A DNA stretch of 37,459 nucleotides from Nitriliruptorales bacterium (lineage in GTDB: Bacteria > Actinomycetota > Nitriliruptoria > Euzebyales > Egibacteraceae), in the NCBI GenBank assembly GCA_007133145.1, contig SLNF01000317.1, positions 1 through 37,459 of the forward strand. Reading direction: 5' to 3'. A model generated the notes under the pieces. The model did no database searches and had not been told where the DNA came from. It saw nothing but the letters and a program-made list of their open reading frames with translations. The position numbers and the translations under genes were made by a program. Shown here in pieces: positions 1 through 9,213 of this stretch (position 1 is the stretch's first letter; each line of letters opens with the position of its first letter).

Positions 1-329
1 AGCGCGACGAGCCAGCGCCCGGTGCCGGCGGCGAGGCGCGCGCCCTCGGCGGCGGTCCGCACCGCGCTGCCGGGACGGCCTGGCACCCACTGCCGCAAAA
101 GCCATGGCGGTCGCCCGTCGGGGTCGGCGTCGAGCAGTCGGGGGCTGGGCACGCCGACGTCGCCGAGGACGCCCGGCAGACGGCGGGCGAGCTCGACGCG
201 TCCAGCCGCGAGCGTCACCTCCTCGAGGACCTGCAGGACCGAGGTGGCGCCGTCGGCGGTCTCGAGGCGGTAGGTGGTGTTGCGCAGGCCCCCCGACAAC
301 GGGGTGAGGCGGCGCACCGTGGCCCCCAC
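1..329 (-). CDS. Phosphotransferase (APH/choline-kinase-like) family protein; N-terminal part only, the 3' end lies outside the window
   Basis: Not in the ORF track because no stop codon falls in the window. My manual minus-strand translation gives ...VRRLTPLSGGLRNTTYRLETADGATSVLQVLEEV...PWLLRQWVPGRPG..., with very high third-position GC. The LxGGxxNxxY pattern is typical of the APH N-lobe. The start is uncertain: GTG at 329 or at 317. Confidence 0.45.
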   Translation of the reverse strand, partial: MGATVRRLTPLSGGLRNTTYRLETADGATSVLQVLEEVTLAAGRVELARRLPGVLGDVGVPSPRLLDADPDGRPPWLLRQWVPGRPGSAVRTAAEGARLAAGTGRWLVA

Positions 330-373
330 GAGACGGGAGGCCGCGGCGGCGTCGAGCCTGGTTGGTGCGCCGC

Positions 374-1489
374 TCAGCTCAGCGCGTCGACGACGTAGTC
401 GACGGCGGCGGTCAGCGTCTCCACGTCGGCGAGGTCGACGGCGGGGAAGACCGCGACGCGCAGTTGGTTGCGGCCGAGCTTGCGGTAGGCCTCGGTGTCG
501 AGGATGCCGTTGGCGCGCAGCGTCGCACTGACCTCGCCGGCGTCGACGCGCTCGTCGAGGTCGATGGTGCACACGACGTTGGAGCGCAGCGCCGGGTCGC
601 CGACGAACGGGCTCGCCCACTCGCGGCTCTCGGCCCAGGCGTAGAGGTGGTCGGCCTTGGCCTTGCACTGCCGGGCGGCCCAGGCCAGTCCCCCACTCTC
701 GTTCATCCAGTCGATCTGCTCGCCCATGAGGAACAGCGTCGACACGCTCGGGGTGTTGTAGGTCTGGTCCTTGCGGGAGTTGTCGACGGCGGTGGCGAGA
801 TCGAGCATCGGCGGGATCCATCGCTCGCTCGCGGCGAGTTCCTCGACGCGAGCGAGTGCCGCGGGTGAGAGCAGCGCGACGAAGAGCCCGCCCTCGCTCG
901 CGAAGCACTTCTGGGGGCTGAAGTAGTAGGCGTCGACCTCCTCGATGTCGAAGGCCAGCCCACCGGCGGCGCTCGTCGCGTCGACGGCGACGAGCCCCTC
1001 GGCGCCCTCGGGCCGGCGCAGCGGCATCGCCACGCCCGTGGAGGTCTCGCAGTGGGTGAGCGCGTAGAGGTCGACGCCGTCGACGGCCTCGAGCTCGGGC
1101 GCCGAGCCGTACGGGGCCTCGACGATGATGGGGTCGGCGAGGTGCGGGGCGCCTGCGCAGACCTTCGAGAACTTCTGGCTGAACTCGCCGAGGACCGCGT
1201 GGGCGCTGCGTTCGCGTACGAGCCCGAAGGCCGCAGCGTCCCAGAACAGCGTCGCACCGCCCGCGCCGAGGACGACCTCATAGCCGTCGGGCAGCGCGAA
1301 GAACGTCGTGAGGCCCTCGCGGATCCGCCGGACCTGCCCCTTGACCCCGGCCTTGCGATGACTCGTGCCGAGGAGGCCGTCGGCGACCTCGGCGAGCTGA
1401 TTCACCGCCTCGGAACGTACCTTCGACGGGCCGCAGCCGAAGCGGCCGTCGGCCGGACGCAACTCGGTCGGGATCTCCAGGTCTGCCAT
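374..1489 (-). CDS. serC: Phosphoserine aminotransferase (actinobacterial type)
   Basis: Lies within ORF 374..1573. The internal ATG at 1489 is preceded by AAGGAG (reverse complement of ctcctt at 1497-1502). Full-length match to the class V aminotransferase SerC pattern (ADLEIP...GRFGCGPSKVR...YYFSPQKCF...NTPSVSTLF). Confidence 0.9.
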   Translation of the reverse strand: MADLEIPTELRPADGRFGCGPSKVRSEAVNQLAEVADGLLGTSHRKAGVKGQVRRIREGLTTFFALPDGYEVVLGAGGATLFWDAAAFGLVRERSAHAVLGEFSQKFSKVCAGAPHLADPIIVEAPYGSAPELEAVDGVDLYALTHCETSTGVAMPLRRPEGAEGLVAVDATSAAGGLAFDIEEVDAYYFSPQKCFASEGGLFVALLSPAALARVEELAASERWIPPMLDLATAVDNSRKDQTYNTPSVSTLFLMGEQIDWMNESGGLAWAARQCKAKADHLYAWAESREWASPFVGDPALRSNVVCTIDLDERVDAGEVSATLRANGILDTEAYRKLGRNQLRVAVFPAVDLADVETLTAAVDYVVDALS

Positions 1490-1584
1490 CGCACACTCCT
1501 TGTCCGCGGCAACGGGGCACCGCCGGCGTCTCGAGGGTCCACACTGTGCCGCAGGACGCCCCGCGATCGCCAAACGGAGCCAGC

Positions 1585-2709
1585 ATGCACGACGACACGA
1601 CCCTCACGCCCCTGCCCGACGGTCCGAGCGTCGCCGTAGCCGACTGCGACGCCGCAGCGGTCGCCGGCGCGAGCGCCTTCCGGACCCCGCAAGGCCGTTG
1701 GCTGCTGCCGGCGTTCCGCGGCTACGCCGTCGACGTCGGCGAGGGGCCCCTGCCCGCCGATGACGACGAGGACGCCGTCGCCGAGCTCGCGCTGTCCTGG
1801 GTCGAGACCGTGCGCGCCCGCGACTGGACCGACCTGCGGGGCGCCGAGCTCGACAGCGAGGACTGGATGGACCTGCGCACCGCGATGGTGCGCGTCGGGT
1901 GGGGCCCTGCTGCCGCACACGCCGCCTGGCGCACCTGCCGGGACCGCCCCTACGCACGCGACCTACCGACGGCGGCGGGCTGGGCGGGCGCCGGCTGGGT
2001 CCTGCCGGCCGTGCCCGACGAGCCCGAACCGGCGTTCGCGAGGCCGCTCCTCGAGGCCCGGGGGCTGCTGCGGTGGGCCTACATCACCCGCTGGCGCGAC
2101 CCCGTCGGCCTGCCCGAGGGCGAGCCCCCGGTCGAACCCGATCCCACCGCCCCCGACTGGGCCGACGTGCTCGCGCGGCTGAGGGCCGACCACTACACCG
2201 CCGAGGCCCTCGAGGAGGCCGAAGCGCTCGCCGTCGAGGTCCTCACCACCGTCGGGCTCGGGCCGGCCAGCGCCCTCGAGGCCGAGGACGAGCCGCTGCC
2301 CGACCGCCACGTCGCCGCAGCGGTTGGCCACGCCAGCGAGGTCGTCCGCGCTGCCGCCTGGTTCCTGCTGCACGCCGAGAGCGACACGTGGCTCGCCTGT
2401 GCCTACGGCGAGTGCCAACACCACTGGGCGGTCGAGGCAGAGGAGGACGCCTTCGAGCAGGAGGAGGTCCTCGAGCTCGCCGGGCGCGGGGTGAGCAACC
2501 CCGTCGACGCCGCCTACCAGCGACGCCGGCTGCTCACGATGGCCTTCGGCGACATCAACGACGTGCCGCTGGCCGGCGCGGGGGACCTCGACGACTTCCT
2601 CGCCTTCTACGAGGGCTGGGTCGCCGCGGGCCGCCCCGAGGAGGACTTCGCCGATGCCGCCCGTGAGCTCCGCGGCGACGACGAGCCCGGGGAGGACTAC
2701 CGGGGCTGA
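1585..2709 (+). CDS. Hypothetical protein, acidic and Trp-rich, no recognisable domain
   Basis: Lies within ORF 1546..2709. ATG at 1585 has GGAG at 1575-1578. Coding-like codon bias over 375 codons. I recognise no motifs. Confidence 0.6.
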   Translation: MHDDTTLTPLPDGPSVAVADCDAAAVAGASAFRTPQGRWLLPAFRGYAVDVGEGPLPADDDEDAVAELALSWVETVRARDWTDLRGAELDSEDWMDLRTAMVRVGWGPAAAHAAWRTCRDRPYARDLPTAAGWAGAGWVLPAVPDEPEPAFARPLLEARGLLRWAYITRWRDPVGLPEGEPPVEPDPTAPDWADVLARLRADHYTAEALEEAEALAVEVLTTVGLGPASALEAEDEPLPDRHVAAAVGHASEVVRAAAWFLLHAESDTWLACAYGECQHHWAVEAEEDAFEQEEVLELAGRGVSNPVDAAYQRRRLLTMAFGDINDVPLAGAGDLDDFLAFYEGWVAAGRPEEDFADAARELRGDDEPGEDYRG

Positions 2710-3359
2710 CCCCCGGCGCCCGCGCCGGGCCCGCCGGCGAGCGGTTGCCCGGCGAGCGCGGCGACCTCGGCGCGCAGCTCGGCGGTGAAGCGCCTGCGGT
2801 CCCGCGGGTCGTCGCGTGGTGGCGGGTGCGGAGCGCCGAAGCGCACCGCGACGAGGCCGGGCGCGGGTCGCCGCCAGCGGGGCCCACCCTCGCGGGGCCA
2901 GACCGTCTCGCAGCCACGCAGGCCCACGGGCACGACCGGGGCGGCGGCACGGGCGGCGATGCGGGCCATCCCTGAGCGGAAGCGGCCGAGCTCGCCGGTC
3001 GTCGAGCGGGTGCCCTCGGGGAAGAGCGCGACGATCCGCCCGCGCGCGAGGAGGCAGACGAGGGTGTCGAGCGCCTCGGCGTCGGCGCTGCCGCGGGCGA
3101 CGGGGACCATCCCGAGGGAGGTGATCGCCCTGCCCCACGGCCCCCGGGCGAGCTCGCGCTTGCCGAGGAAGTGCACCGGCCGCGGGGAGGCTGCAGCGAG
3201 GAGGAAGTTGTCGAGGTTCGTGCCGTGATTGGAGACGAGCACCGCCGCCCCGTGCGACGGCACGGCCTCGGCCCCGTCGATCTCGACGTGCAGGCGTCGC
3301 AGGAGCAAGGGGGCGGTGAGGCGGTGCGCCAGGCGCATGCCTGGCGGTTCGCTGCTCAT
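2697..3359 (-). CDS. 1-acyl-sn-glycerol-3-phosphate (lysophospholipid) acyltransferase family protein
   Basis: ORF 2697..3359. Carries the acyltransferase motif I NHGTNLD (NHxxxxD) and motif III FPEGTR. Confidence 0.85.
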   Translation of the reverse strand: MSSEPPGMRLAHRLTAPLLLRRLHVEIDGAEAVPSHGAAVLVSNHGTNLDNFLLAAASPRPVHFLGKRELARGPWGRAITSLGMVPVARGSADAEALDTLVCLLARGRIVALFPEGTRSTTGELGRFRSGMARIAARAAAPVVPVGLRGCETVWPREGGPRWRRPAPGLVAVRFGAPHPPPRDDPRDRRRFTAELRAEVAALAGQPLAGGPGAGAGGQPR

Positions 3360-3406
3360 GCGCAGGTCCTCGTCACGCCGGTCATCGGGGCTGGCGGATG
3401 GCGGCG

Positions 3407-4135
3407 CTAGGCGAAGAGGCCGCCGTCGACCTGCACGACGGTCCCGTTGACGTAGCTCGCGGCGTCGCTCGCGAGGAACGCCACGACGGCGGCGACCTCC
3501 TCAGGGCTGCCGAGCCGCCCGGTGGGGATGCGCTCGGTGATCTCCTCGGCGTCGAGCTCGGCGGTCATCGCCGTGGCGATGAACCCCGGCGCGACCGCGT
3601 TGACGGTGATCCCGCGCTTGCCGACCTCCTTGGCGAGGGTCTTCGTGAGGCCGACGAGCGCGGACTTGCTCGCGGCGTAGTTCGCCTGCCCGGCGTTGCC
3701 GTGCAGGCCCACGACGCTCGTGGTGTTGACGATGCGCCCGTGACGTGCGCGCAGCATCGGCCGCAGCGCCGCCCGGGTGAGCGCGAACGCCGCCGCGACG
3801 TTGACCTGCCAGGTGCGCGCGAAGTCCTCGTCGCTCATGCCCATTGCGAGGCCGTCGGCGGTGACGCCGGCGTTGTTGATGAGGACGTCGACGCCGCCGA
3901 CCTCCTCCATCGCCGCGAGCAGCGGAGCGAGGTCCCCGCCGAGGTCGCAGCCCACCGCCCGGGCCTCGACGCCGTGCGCGGCGACCCGTTCGACGACGGC
4001 GGCGGCACCCTCGGCATCGCCCCCGTAGTGCACGAGTACGTCACGGCCTGCGGCGGCGAGCGCCTCGGCGACCGCGGCGCCGATGCCCTTCGAGGCACCG
4101 GTCACCAGCGCCCAGGTCGACGGTTCACGGCTCAT
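3407..4135 (-). CDS. fabG: 3-oxoacyl-ACP reductase, SDR family
   Basis: C-terminal part of ORF 3407..4612. ATG at 4135 overlaps the fabD stop (ATGA). Carries TGASKGIG, NNAG and YxxxK (YAASK). Confidence 0.85.
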   Translation of the reverse strand: MSREPSTWALVTGASKGIGAAVAEALAAAGRDVLVHYGGDAEGAAAVVERVAAHGVEARAVGCDLGGDLAPLLAAMEEVGGVDVLINNAGVTADGLAMGMSDEDFARTWQVNVAAAFALTRAALRPMLRARHGRIVNTTSVVGLHGNAGQANYAASKSALVGLTKTLAKEVGKRGITVNAVAPGFIATAMTAELDAEEITERIPTGRLGSPEEVAAVVAFLASDAASYVNGTVVQVDGGLFA

Positions 4136-5040
4136 GCCAGTGCCTCCTCGAGCTCGGCGGGCGTGGTGATCGCCCGGCGACCCAGGCCACGGTCGGTGCG
4201 CTTGACGAGGCCGGTGACCACGGGTGAGGCGCCGAGCTCGACGACGTCGGTGATGCCGGCGGCGACGAAGGTGCCGACGGTCTCGCGCCAGCGCACCGGT
4301 GAGACCACCTGGCGACGCAGGAGCGACGGCCAGTCCCCGGCGGCGGTGTGCGCGACCGCGTCGACGTTGGCGACGACCGGTGTCATCGTGTCGGCGAACG
4401 CCGTGGCGTCGAGCGCCGGGCCGAGCTCCTCGACTGCGGGGGCCATGTGGGGACTGTGGTAGGCGGCGCCGACCTCGAGGGCTACGACCTTGCCGCGGCC
4501 CTCCTGCCGGTCGAGGGCCGCGCGCAACGCCTCGAGCGATGCTGGCGCGCCGGCGCACACGACCTGGCCGGGGGCGTTGTCGTTGGCCACGTGGGCGCCG
4601 GTCTCGGCGCACGCGGCCTCGACGACCTCCCGGTCGTAGCCGAGGCAGGCGACCATCCCTCCAGGATGGGCGTGGGCGGCTTGCTCGGTTGCCCGCGCCC
4701 GGACGTCGACGAGGGCGAGCGCGGAGGCGAAGTCGAGCGCGCCTGCGGCGACGAGGGCGTCGTACTCCCCGAGGGAGTGGCCCGCCGTCGCGGTCGGGGC
4801 CGTGCCGCCTGCGGCCTGCCAGGCCTCGAGCAGCACCACCGCGTGCACGAAGAGCGCGACCTGGCAGGCCGCGGGTTCGCGGAGCTCCTCGGCGGTGGCG
4901 CTCGTCCCGAGCCGTTGCACGTCGAAGCCGAGCAGGTCACCGGCCTCCTCCCAGCGCGCGAAGGATGGATGGTCCTGCCATGCCAGGGCCATCCCCTCGC
5001 GTTGGCTGCCCTGGCCGGCGAAGACCAGCGCGGTCGTCAT
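4132..5040 (-). CDS. fabD: Malonyl-CoA:ACP transacylase
   Basis: ORF 4132..5040. Shows FAGQGSQ, the GHSLGE nucleophile elbow and the AYHSPHM region. Confidence 0.9.
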   Translation of the reverse strand: MTTALVFAGQGSQREGMALAWQDHPSFARWEEAGDLLGFDVQRLGTSATAEELREPAACQVALFVHAVVLLEAWQAAGGTAPTATAGHSLGEYDALVAAGALDFASALALVDVRARATEQAAHAHPGGMVACLGYDREVVEAACAETGAHVANDNAPGQVVCAGAPASLEALRAALDRQEGRGKVVALEVGAAYHSPHMAPAVEELGPALDATAFADTMTPVVANVDAVAHTAAGDWPSLLRRQVVSPVRWRETVGTFVAAGITDVVELGASPVVTGLVKRTDRGLGRRAITTPAELEEALA

Positions 5041-5494
5041 GGGCTCGCTCCTCCTGCCTCGCGGGTGCGCGGGAACGCGGGCAGCGAGAGCCTAGCGAAG
5101 GGCGTCACCTCGGGCGTGACCGGTGCCGGCGATCAGGCATCAGAACCTGTGGAGGACCGCCGACTGAGGTCGGAGGGGCCTGGCATCATGCGGGCATCTC
5201 GAACGCACGTTCTCTCGCAGGGCAGGACGCGCCCGGGCGCGTCACCGGCACCGACCACACCGGCGGCCACGCCGCGGGGGATGGCGCCGGCGGTGCGGCG
5301 GGCGATGCCCCTGGCAGCCATGAGTCCGATGCTGGGGTGGGTTCGGCGGGTGCGGCCGCCGGCGGTGCGGGTGCTGCTGACCGACGGCGCCCGAGCGCTC
5401 GCGCTGACCCCGCCGCTGGCACGGCTGGCAGCTGTGGCTGCACCCCGAGAGCGGCCAGGTCACCCTCGCACGTCACGACCGGCAATGGCGCACC

Positions 5495-5539
5495 CTGCCC
5501 CAGGGCACCGGCCTGCCCCAGGGCACCGGCCTGCCCCAG
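5495..5539. repeat. 18-bp tandem repeat, about 2.5 copies (ctgccccagggcaccggc)
   Basis: Two perfect units at 5495-5512 and 5513-5530, plus a partial third unit at 5531-5539. Lies in the 540-bp spacer between fabD and the ABC transporter. Confidence 0.9.
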
Positions 5540-5590
5540 CGCCACTGGAACGGGGGCCGCGTTGACGGCGGCCTCCTATCCTTGCCGGTG

Positions 5591-6520
5591 ATGTCCCCCG
5601 CGATCACGGTCACCGACCTCGTCAAGACCTATGGCGAGCACCGCGCCGTCGACGGCCTGTCGTTCACCGTCGAGCCCGGCGAGATCCTCGCGCTGCTCGG
5701 CCCCAATGGCGCGGGCAAGACGAGCACTGCCGAGTGCATCGCGGGCCTACGCCACCCCGACGCTGGCCACGTCGAGGTGCTCGGCGTCGATCCGCGGGCC
5801 GAGCGTGAGCGCGTGGCCGGTCGCCTCGGGGTCATGCTCCAGGACGGCGGGGTGCACCGCAGCGCGACCCCAGCGGAGCTCATCGGCACCTTCGCGGCCT
5901 ACTACGACGACCCGCTCGACCCTGTGGCCATCATCGCCGAGCTCGGGCTCGACGGGGTCGCCCGGCGGCGCGTGCGTACGCTCTCGGGTGGTGAGGCCCA
6001 ACGCGTGTCGCTGGCGCTCGCGCTCGTGGGGCGACCGCGCGTCGCGCTGCTCGACGAGCCCACCGTCGGCATGGATCCCGCGACGCGGCGCGCGACGTGG
6101 CAGCGCCTCGACGCGCTCCGCGAGGACGGCGTCGCGGTGCTGCTCACAACCCACCTCATGGAGGAGGCCGAGCAACTCGCCGACCGCGTCGCCGTCATCG
6201 ACCGTGGTGGGCTCGTCGCCCTCGACGCCCCGGATGTGCTCACCGCACCGGATCGTGGCCTGCACGTCGAGACACCCGGGCCGTTCGAGCCGGAGCGGCT
6301 CGCGGCCGCGCTCTCCTGCGAGGTCACCCACCTCGAAGGGCAGCGCTGGCACGTCGACCTCCCCGCCGAGCGGCTCTCGGCGGTGGCGGTCTGGTTCGCG
6401 AGTCAGGGCGTCGCGCTCTCGGGGGTGACCGTCGCACGCCAGCGACTCGAGGACGTCTACCTGCGGCTCACCGACAACGACGAGCCCGCCAGCGCCCATG
6501 ACGAGGACGCCGAGCGGTGA
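5591..6520 (+). CDS. ABC transporter ATP-binding protein (DrrA/ABC-2 type)
   Basis: Lies within ORF 5582..6520. Carries Walker A GPNGAGKT, signature LSGGEAQR and Walker B LLDEPT. The start is ambiguous (TTG 5582, GTG 5588, ATG 5591). The stop overlaps the permease start (GTGA at 6517-6520). Confidence 0.88.
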   Translation: MSPAITVTDLVKTYGEHRAVDGLSFTVEPGEILALLGPNGAGKTSTAECIAGLRHPDAGHVEVLGVDPRAERERVAGRLGVMLQDGGVHRSATPAELIGTFAAYYDDPLDPVAIIAELGLDGVARRRVRTLSGGEAQRVSLALALVGRPRVALLDEPTVGMDPATRRATWQRLDALREDGVAVLLTTHLMEEAEQLADRVAVIDRGGLVALDAPDVLTAPDRGLHVETPGPFEPERLAAALSCEVTHLEGQRWHVDLPAERLSAVAVWFASQGVALSGVTVARQRLEDVYLRLTDNDEPASAHDEDAER

Positions 6521-7275
6521 GCGTTCGCCGCCTTCGGGCCCAGGTGCGGCTCGAGCTGACGCTGTTGGCCCGCAACGGGGAGAACCTCCTCATCAGCCTC
6601 GGCATCCCCGTCGGCATGCTCCTGTTCCTCCACGTCGTCCCGGTGCTGCCGGACGGCTCGAGCGCACCCCTCGACGCGCTCGCTCCAGGGGCGCTGACCG
6701 TCGCGCTCATGGGCTCGGGCATGGTCGCGCTCGGCATCTCGACGGCGTTCGAGCGTGAGTACAGCGTGCTGCGGCGCTACGGGGTCACGCCGCTGCGGCG
6801 CGGCGAGCTCGTCGCGGCGAAGGCGACCGCGGTGCTCGCCGTCCAGGCCGTGCAGGTCCTCGTCATCGGTGGTGTCGCCGTGGCGCTCGGATGGCGCCCC
6901 TCCCCCACCGCTGCGGGCCTCGCGGCCGCCGTCGCCGGGCTCGTGCTCGCCAGCGCGGCCTTCGCCGGGATCGGTCTCGCGCTCGCCGGGCGCCTGCCCG
7001 CCCTCCGGGCGCTCGCTGCCCTCAACGCGCTCTTCGTGCTCCTGCTCTTCCTCGGCGGTGTCGCCGTGCCGCTCGCGGTCCTCCCTGGCGCGCTCGCGGC
7101 GATCGGCGGGCTCACCCCGACGGCCTGGACCGTCGCAGTGCTCGTCGGCGCCCTCGACGCCGGCGCGGTGGACGACGGCGGCGCGCTGCCCGGGGTGGCC
7201 ACGGCGCTTGCGGTGCTGGTCCTGTGGGCCGCCGGGGCGCTCGCCGTCGCCTCGCGCCTCTTCCGGTGGTCGTGA
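6517..7275 (+). CDS. ABC-2 type transporter permease
   Basis: ORF 6517..7275. Multi-span hydrophobic protein translationally coupled to the ATPase. Confidence 0.85.
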   Translation: MSVRRLRAQVRLELTLLARNGENLLISLGIPVGMLLFLHVVPVLPDGSSAPLDALAPGALTVALMGSGMVALGISTAFEREYSVLRRYGVTPLRRGELVAAKATAVLAVQAVQVLVIGGVAVALGWRPSPTAAGLAAAVAGLVLASAAFAGIGLALAGRLPALRALAALNALFVLLLFLGGVAVPLAVLPGALAAIGGLTPTAWTVAVLVGALDAGAVDDGGALPGVATALAVLVLWAAGALAVASRLFRWS

Positions 7276-7491
7276 GCCACATCGCGACGCGGGCCGCGAG
7301 TGACCCCTGGGTCGCCTCGGCCGGGACCATCGGCCCTCCCCGCCTCCGGTGCGCGAGGCAAGGCTCGGCGGCCCCGCCACGAAGGCGCTCCCTGCGCGAA
7401 GGACGCCGTCCGCATGTGCGACACGACGCCGATCCCTACCCGCCTGGCTCCGCCGGGTCGGGCGGCCTCGCGATGAGCGAGGGCTGAGGCC

Positions 7492-7995
7492 GTGCCACGC
7501 CACGTGCACTACTACGAGCTCGTCGACGTCGCCTATCCCGACGCCGCCGCGACGCTGGCGTCGGATCCGTCGACATGGCTGCCGCAGCCGGCGAGCCCGG
7601 CCGACGGCGGCTGGGAGGTCGACTTGCGCGCCAACGGCGCGCTCCCGGGCGCGCTCGCGACGCGGCGAGCGATCGTGCGGGTCGGGCCGGTGCCCGACCG
7701 TCCGGTCGTCGGGGACGCCGGGGCCGCGGCCCCCGACGCCACGATCGGCCTGCTGCGGCCACTGCGCTGGGAGGCCGCGACCGCCGAGGACCTCTTCCCG
7801 GTGCTCTCCGCCGACCTCGAGCTCGTGCCGTTGCAGGGTGAGGGCTGCCAGCTCACGCTCATGGGGTCCTACCGTCCCCCGCTCTCGGCGGTTGGCGACG
7901 CGACCGACCGGCTCCTGGGCCACCGCGTCGCCGAGGCCACGGTGCGCCGCTTCGTGCTCGACGTCGCCGCCCGACTCGGTCCGGCGAGGGACTGA
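7492..7995 (+). CDS. Hypothetical protein (possibly an SRPBCC-like fold); paralogous to the N-terminal domain of the 10547..11674 product
   Basis: ORF 7492..7995 with a GTG start. Its C-terminal half aligns with residues of the 10547 product: PLRWEA..FP....LELVP......QLTLMGSY.PP......D.LL.HRVAEA versus PLAWEA..FP....IELEP......QLTLTGSY.VP......D.GALRRVAEA. Confidence 0.6.
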   Translation: MPRHVHYYELVDVAYPDAAATLASDPSTWLPQPASPADGGWEVDLRANGALPGALATRRAIVRVGPVPDRPVVGDAGAAAPDATIGLLRPLRWEAATAEDLFPVLSADLELVPLQGEGCQLTLMGSYRPPLSAVGDATDRLLGHRVAEATVRRFVLDVAARLGPARD

Positions 7996-8052
7996 GGACC
8001 CGCGCGTTCGCCGTTCGCCCCTGGCAGGTTGGGCCGTTAGGCTCTTGCCCTC

Positions 8053-9213
8053 ATGAACGAGCGAACGGAGACGGCACCCGAGCGTCTCGACGCCCTCGCC
8101 GACGCCGCCGCGGCGCTCGCGGGCGAGCTCAGCGTCGAGAGCGTGCTCGAGACGGTGCTGTCGCATGCTCGGGGGCTGACCGGCGCGCGCTACGCCGCCC
8201 TCGGGGTGCTCGGCGAGGACGGGCTCATCGAGCGCTTCCTCACCGAGGGGCTGCCCGAGGAGCACGTCGCGCGGATCGGGCCACCACCGACCGGCAAGGG
8301 CGTGCTTGGTGAGCTCATCCACGACCCGCGGCCCTTGCGGCTCGACGACGTCAGCGCCCATCCCGCGGCGGCGGGCTTCCCCCCGGAGCACCCACCGATG
8401 GCCAGCTTCCTCGGGGCGCCGATCCGCTCCGGCGGCACGGTCTACGGCAACCTCTACCTCACCGACAAGGCCGGTGGCTTCGACGTCGATGACGAGCGCA
8501 CGGTGCTCGTGCTCGCCGCCCAGGCCGGTGCCGCCGTGGAGAACGCGGTGCTGTCGCAGCGGCTGCGCGAACTCGCCGTTCAAGACGAGCGCGACCGCAT
8601 CTCCCGGGAGCTCCACGACGGCGTGATCCAGACGCTCTTCAGCCTCGGCATGGGCCTCGACGCAGCCCGTGAGCTCATCACCGTCGACCCGGCGCGGGCC
8701 GACGCGCGCATCGACGAGGCGGTCGAGGCGATCGACGGGGCGATCCGCGAGCTGCGCAACTTCATCTTCCAGCTGCGGCCCGAGCATGCGGCGTCGATGG
8801 GCTTCGCGCGCGGCCTCACCGAGCTCGCGCGCGAGTACGAGGTCAACGCGCTCGTCCGCCCGCGACTCGAGATCCCCACCGACGTCGACGCCCGGTTGCC
8901 CGCACAGCTCGTGCCCGACCTCCTTGCGATCGTGCGCGAGTCGCTGTCGAACGTCGCCAAGCACGCCCGCGCCTCGGAGGTGACGATCCACGTCGGCCTC
9001 GCCGAGGGCGTCGAGCTCTGCGTGGCCGACGACGGTGTGGGCCTGTCAGGGGATACCCTGCAGGCAGGACGTGGGCTCGAGAACATCCGCGAGCGGGCCC
9101 GCGCCCTCGGTGCCGACCTCGACCTGCGCAGCGCGCCGGGCGAGGGCACCGAGGTCCGCCTGGCGATACCGCGCCATCGCGCCGGGTCTGAGGACGAAGA
9201 GGAGCAGGTGTGA
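8053..9213 (+). CDS. Cytoplasmic GAF-domain sensor histidine kinase (HisKA_3 / NarL class)
   Basis: ORF 8053..9213. N-terminal GAF-like region, H-box ERDRISRELHDGVIQ and an HATPase_c region with N and G boxes (SNVAKHA, DDGVG, GRGLENIRERA). No transmembrane segment is evident. Confidence 0.88.
   Translation: MNERTETAPERLDALADAAAALAGELSVESVLETVLSHARGLTGARYAALGVLGEDGLIERFLTEGLPEEHVARIGPPPTGKGVLGELIHDPRPLRLDDVSAHPAAAGFPPEHPPMASFLGAPIRSGGTVYGNLYLTDKAGGFDVDDERTVLVLAAQAGAAVENAVLSQRLRELAVQDERDRISRELHDGVIQTLFSLGMGLDAARELITVDPARADARIDEAVEAIDGAIRELRNFIFQLRPEHAASMGFARGLTELAREYEVNALVRPRLEIPTDVDARLPAQLVPDLLAIVRESLSNVAKHARASEVTIHVGLAEGVELCVADDGVGLSGDTLQAGRGLENIRERARALGADLDLRSAPGEGTEVRLAIPRHRAGSEDEEEQV

Noticed and set aside
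5495-5539. Possible CRISPR array or other spaced repeat.
   Set aside because: The units are directly adjacent with no spacers, there are only about 2.5 copies, and there are no cas genes. It is a simple tandem repeat.
5186-5545. 119-aa Pro/Ala-rich minus-strand ORF upstream of fabD.
   Set aside because: It is low-complexity, its N-terminus is simply the tandem repeat, its codon bias is intermediate and it has no convincing RBS. I did not call it as a gene.
5150-5591. Plus-strand frame ending in a Cys/Ser/Thr-rich tail immediately before the ABC exporter, considered as a lanthipeptide/RiPP-type precursor.
   Set aside because: - There is no ATG start.
- Third-position GC is only about 70-80% by my count, below the by-eye level of confident genes here.
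- There is no modification enzyme anywhere in the window.
- Part of the Cys pattern is generated by the 18-bp tandem repeat.
- I kept it only as a low-priority check inside the spacer finding.
6457-8991. 844-aa minus-strand ORF spanning the ABC permease, the hypothetical gene and the histidine kinase.
   Set aside because: It is antisense to four well-supported genes with recognisable motifs. Its translation is Arg/Gly/Pro/Glu-rich low-complexity sequence, as expected for the mirror frame of high-GC coding DNA.
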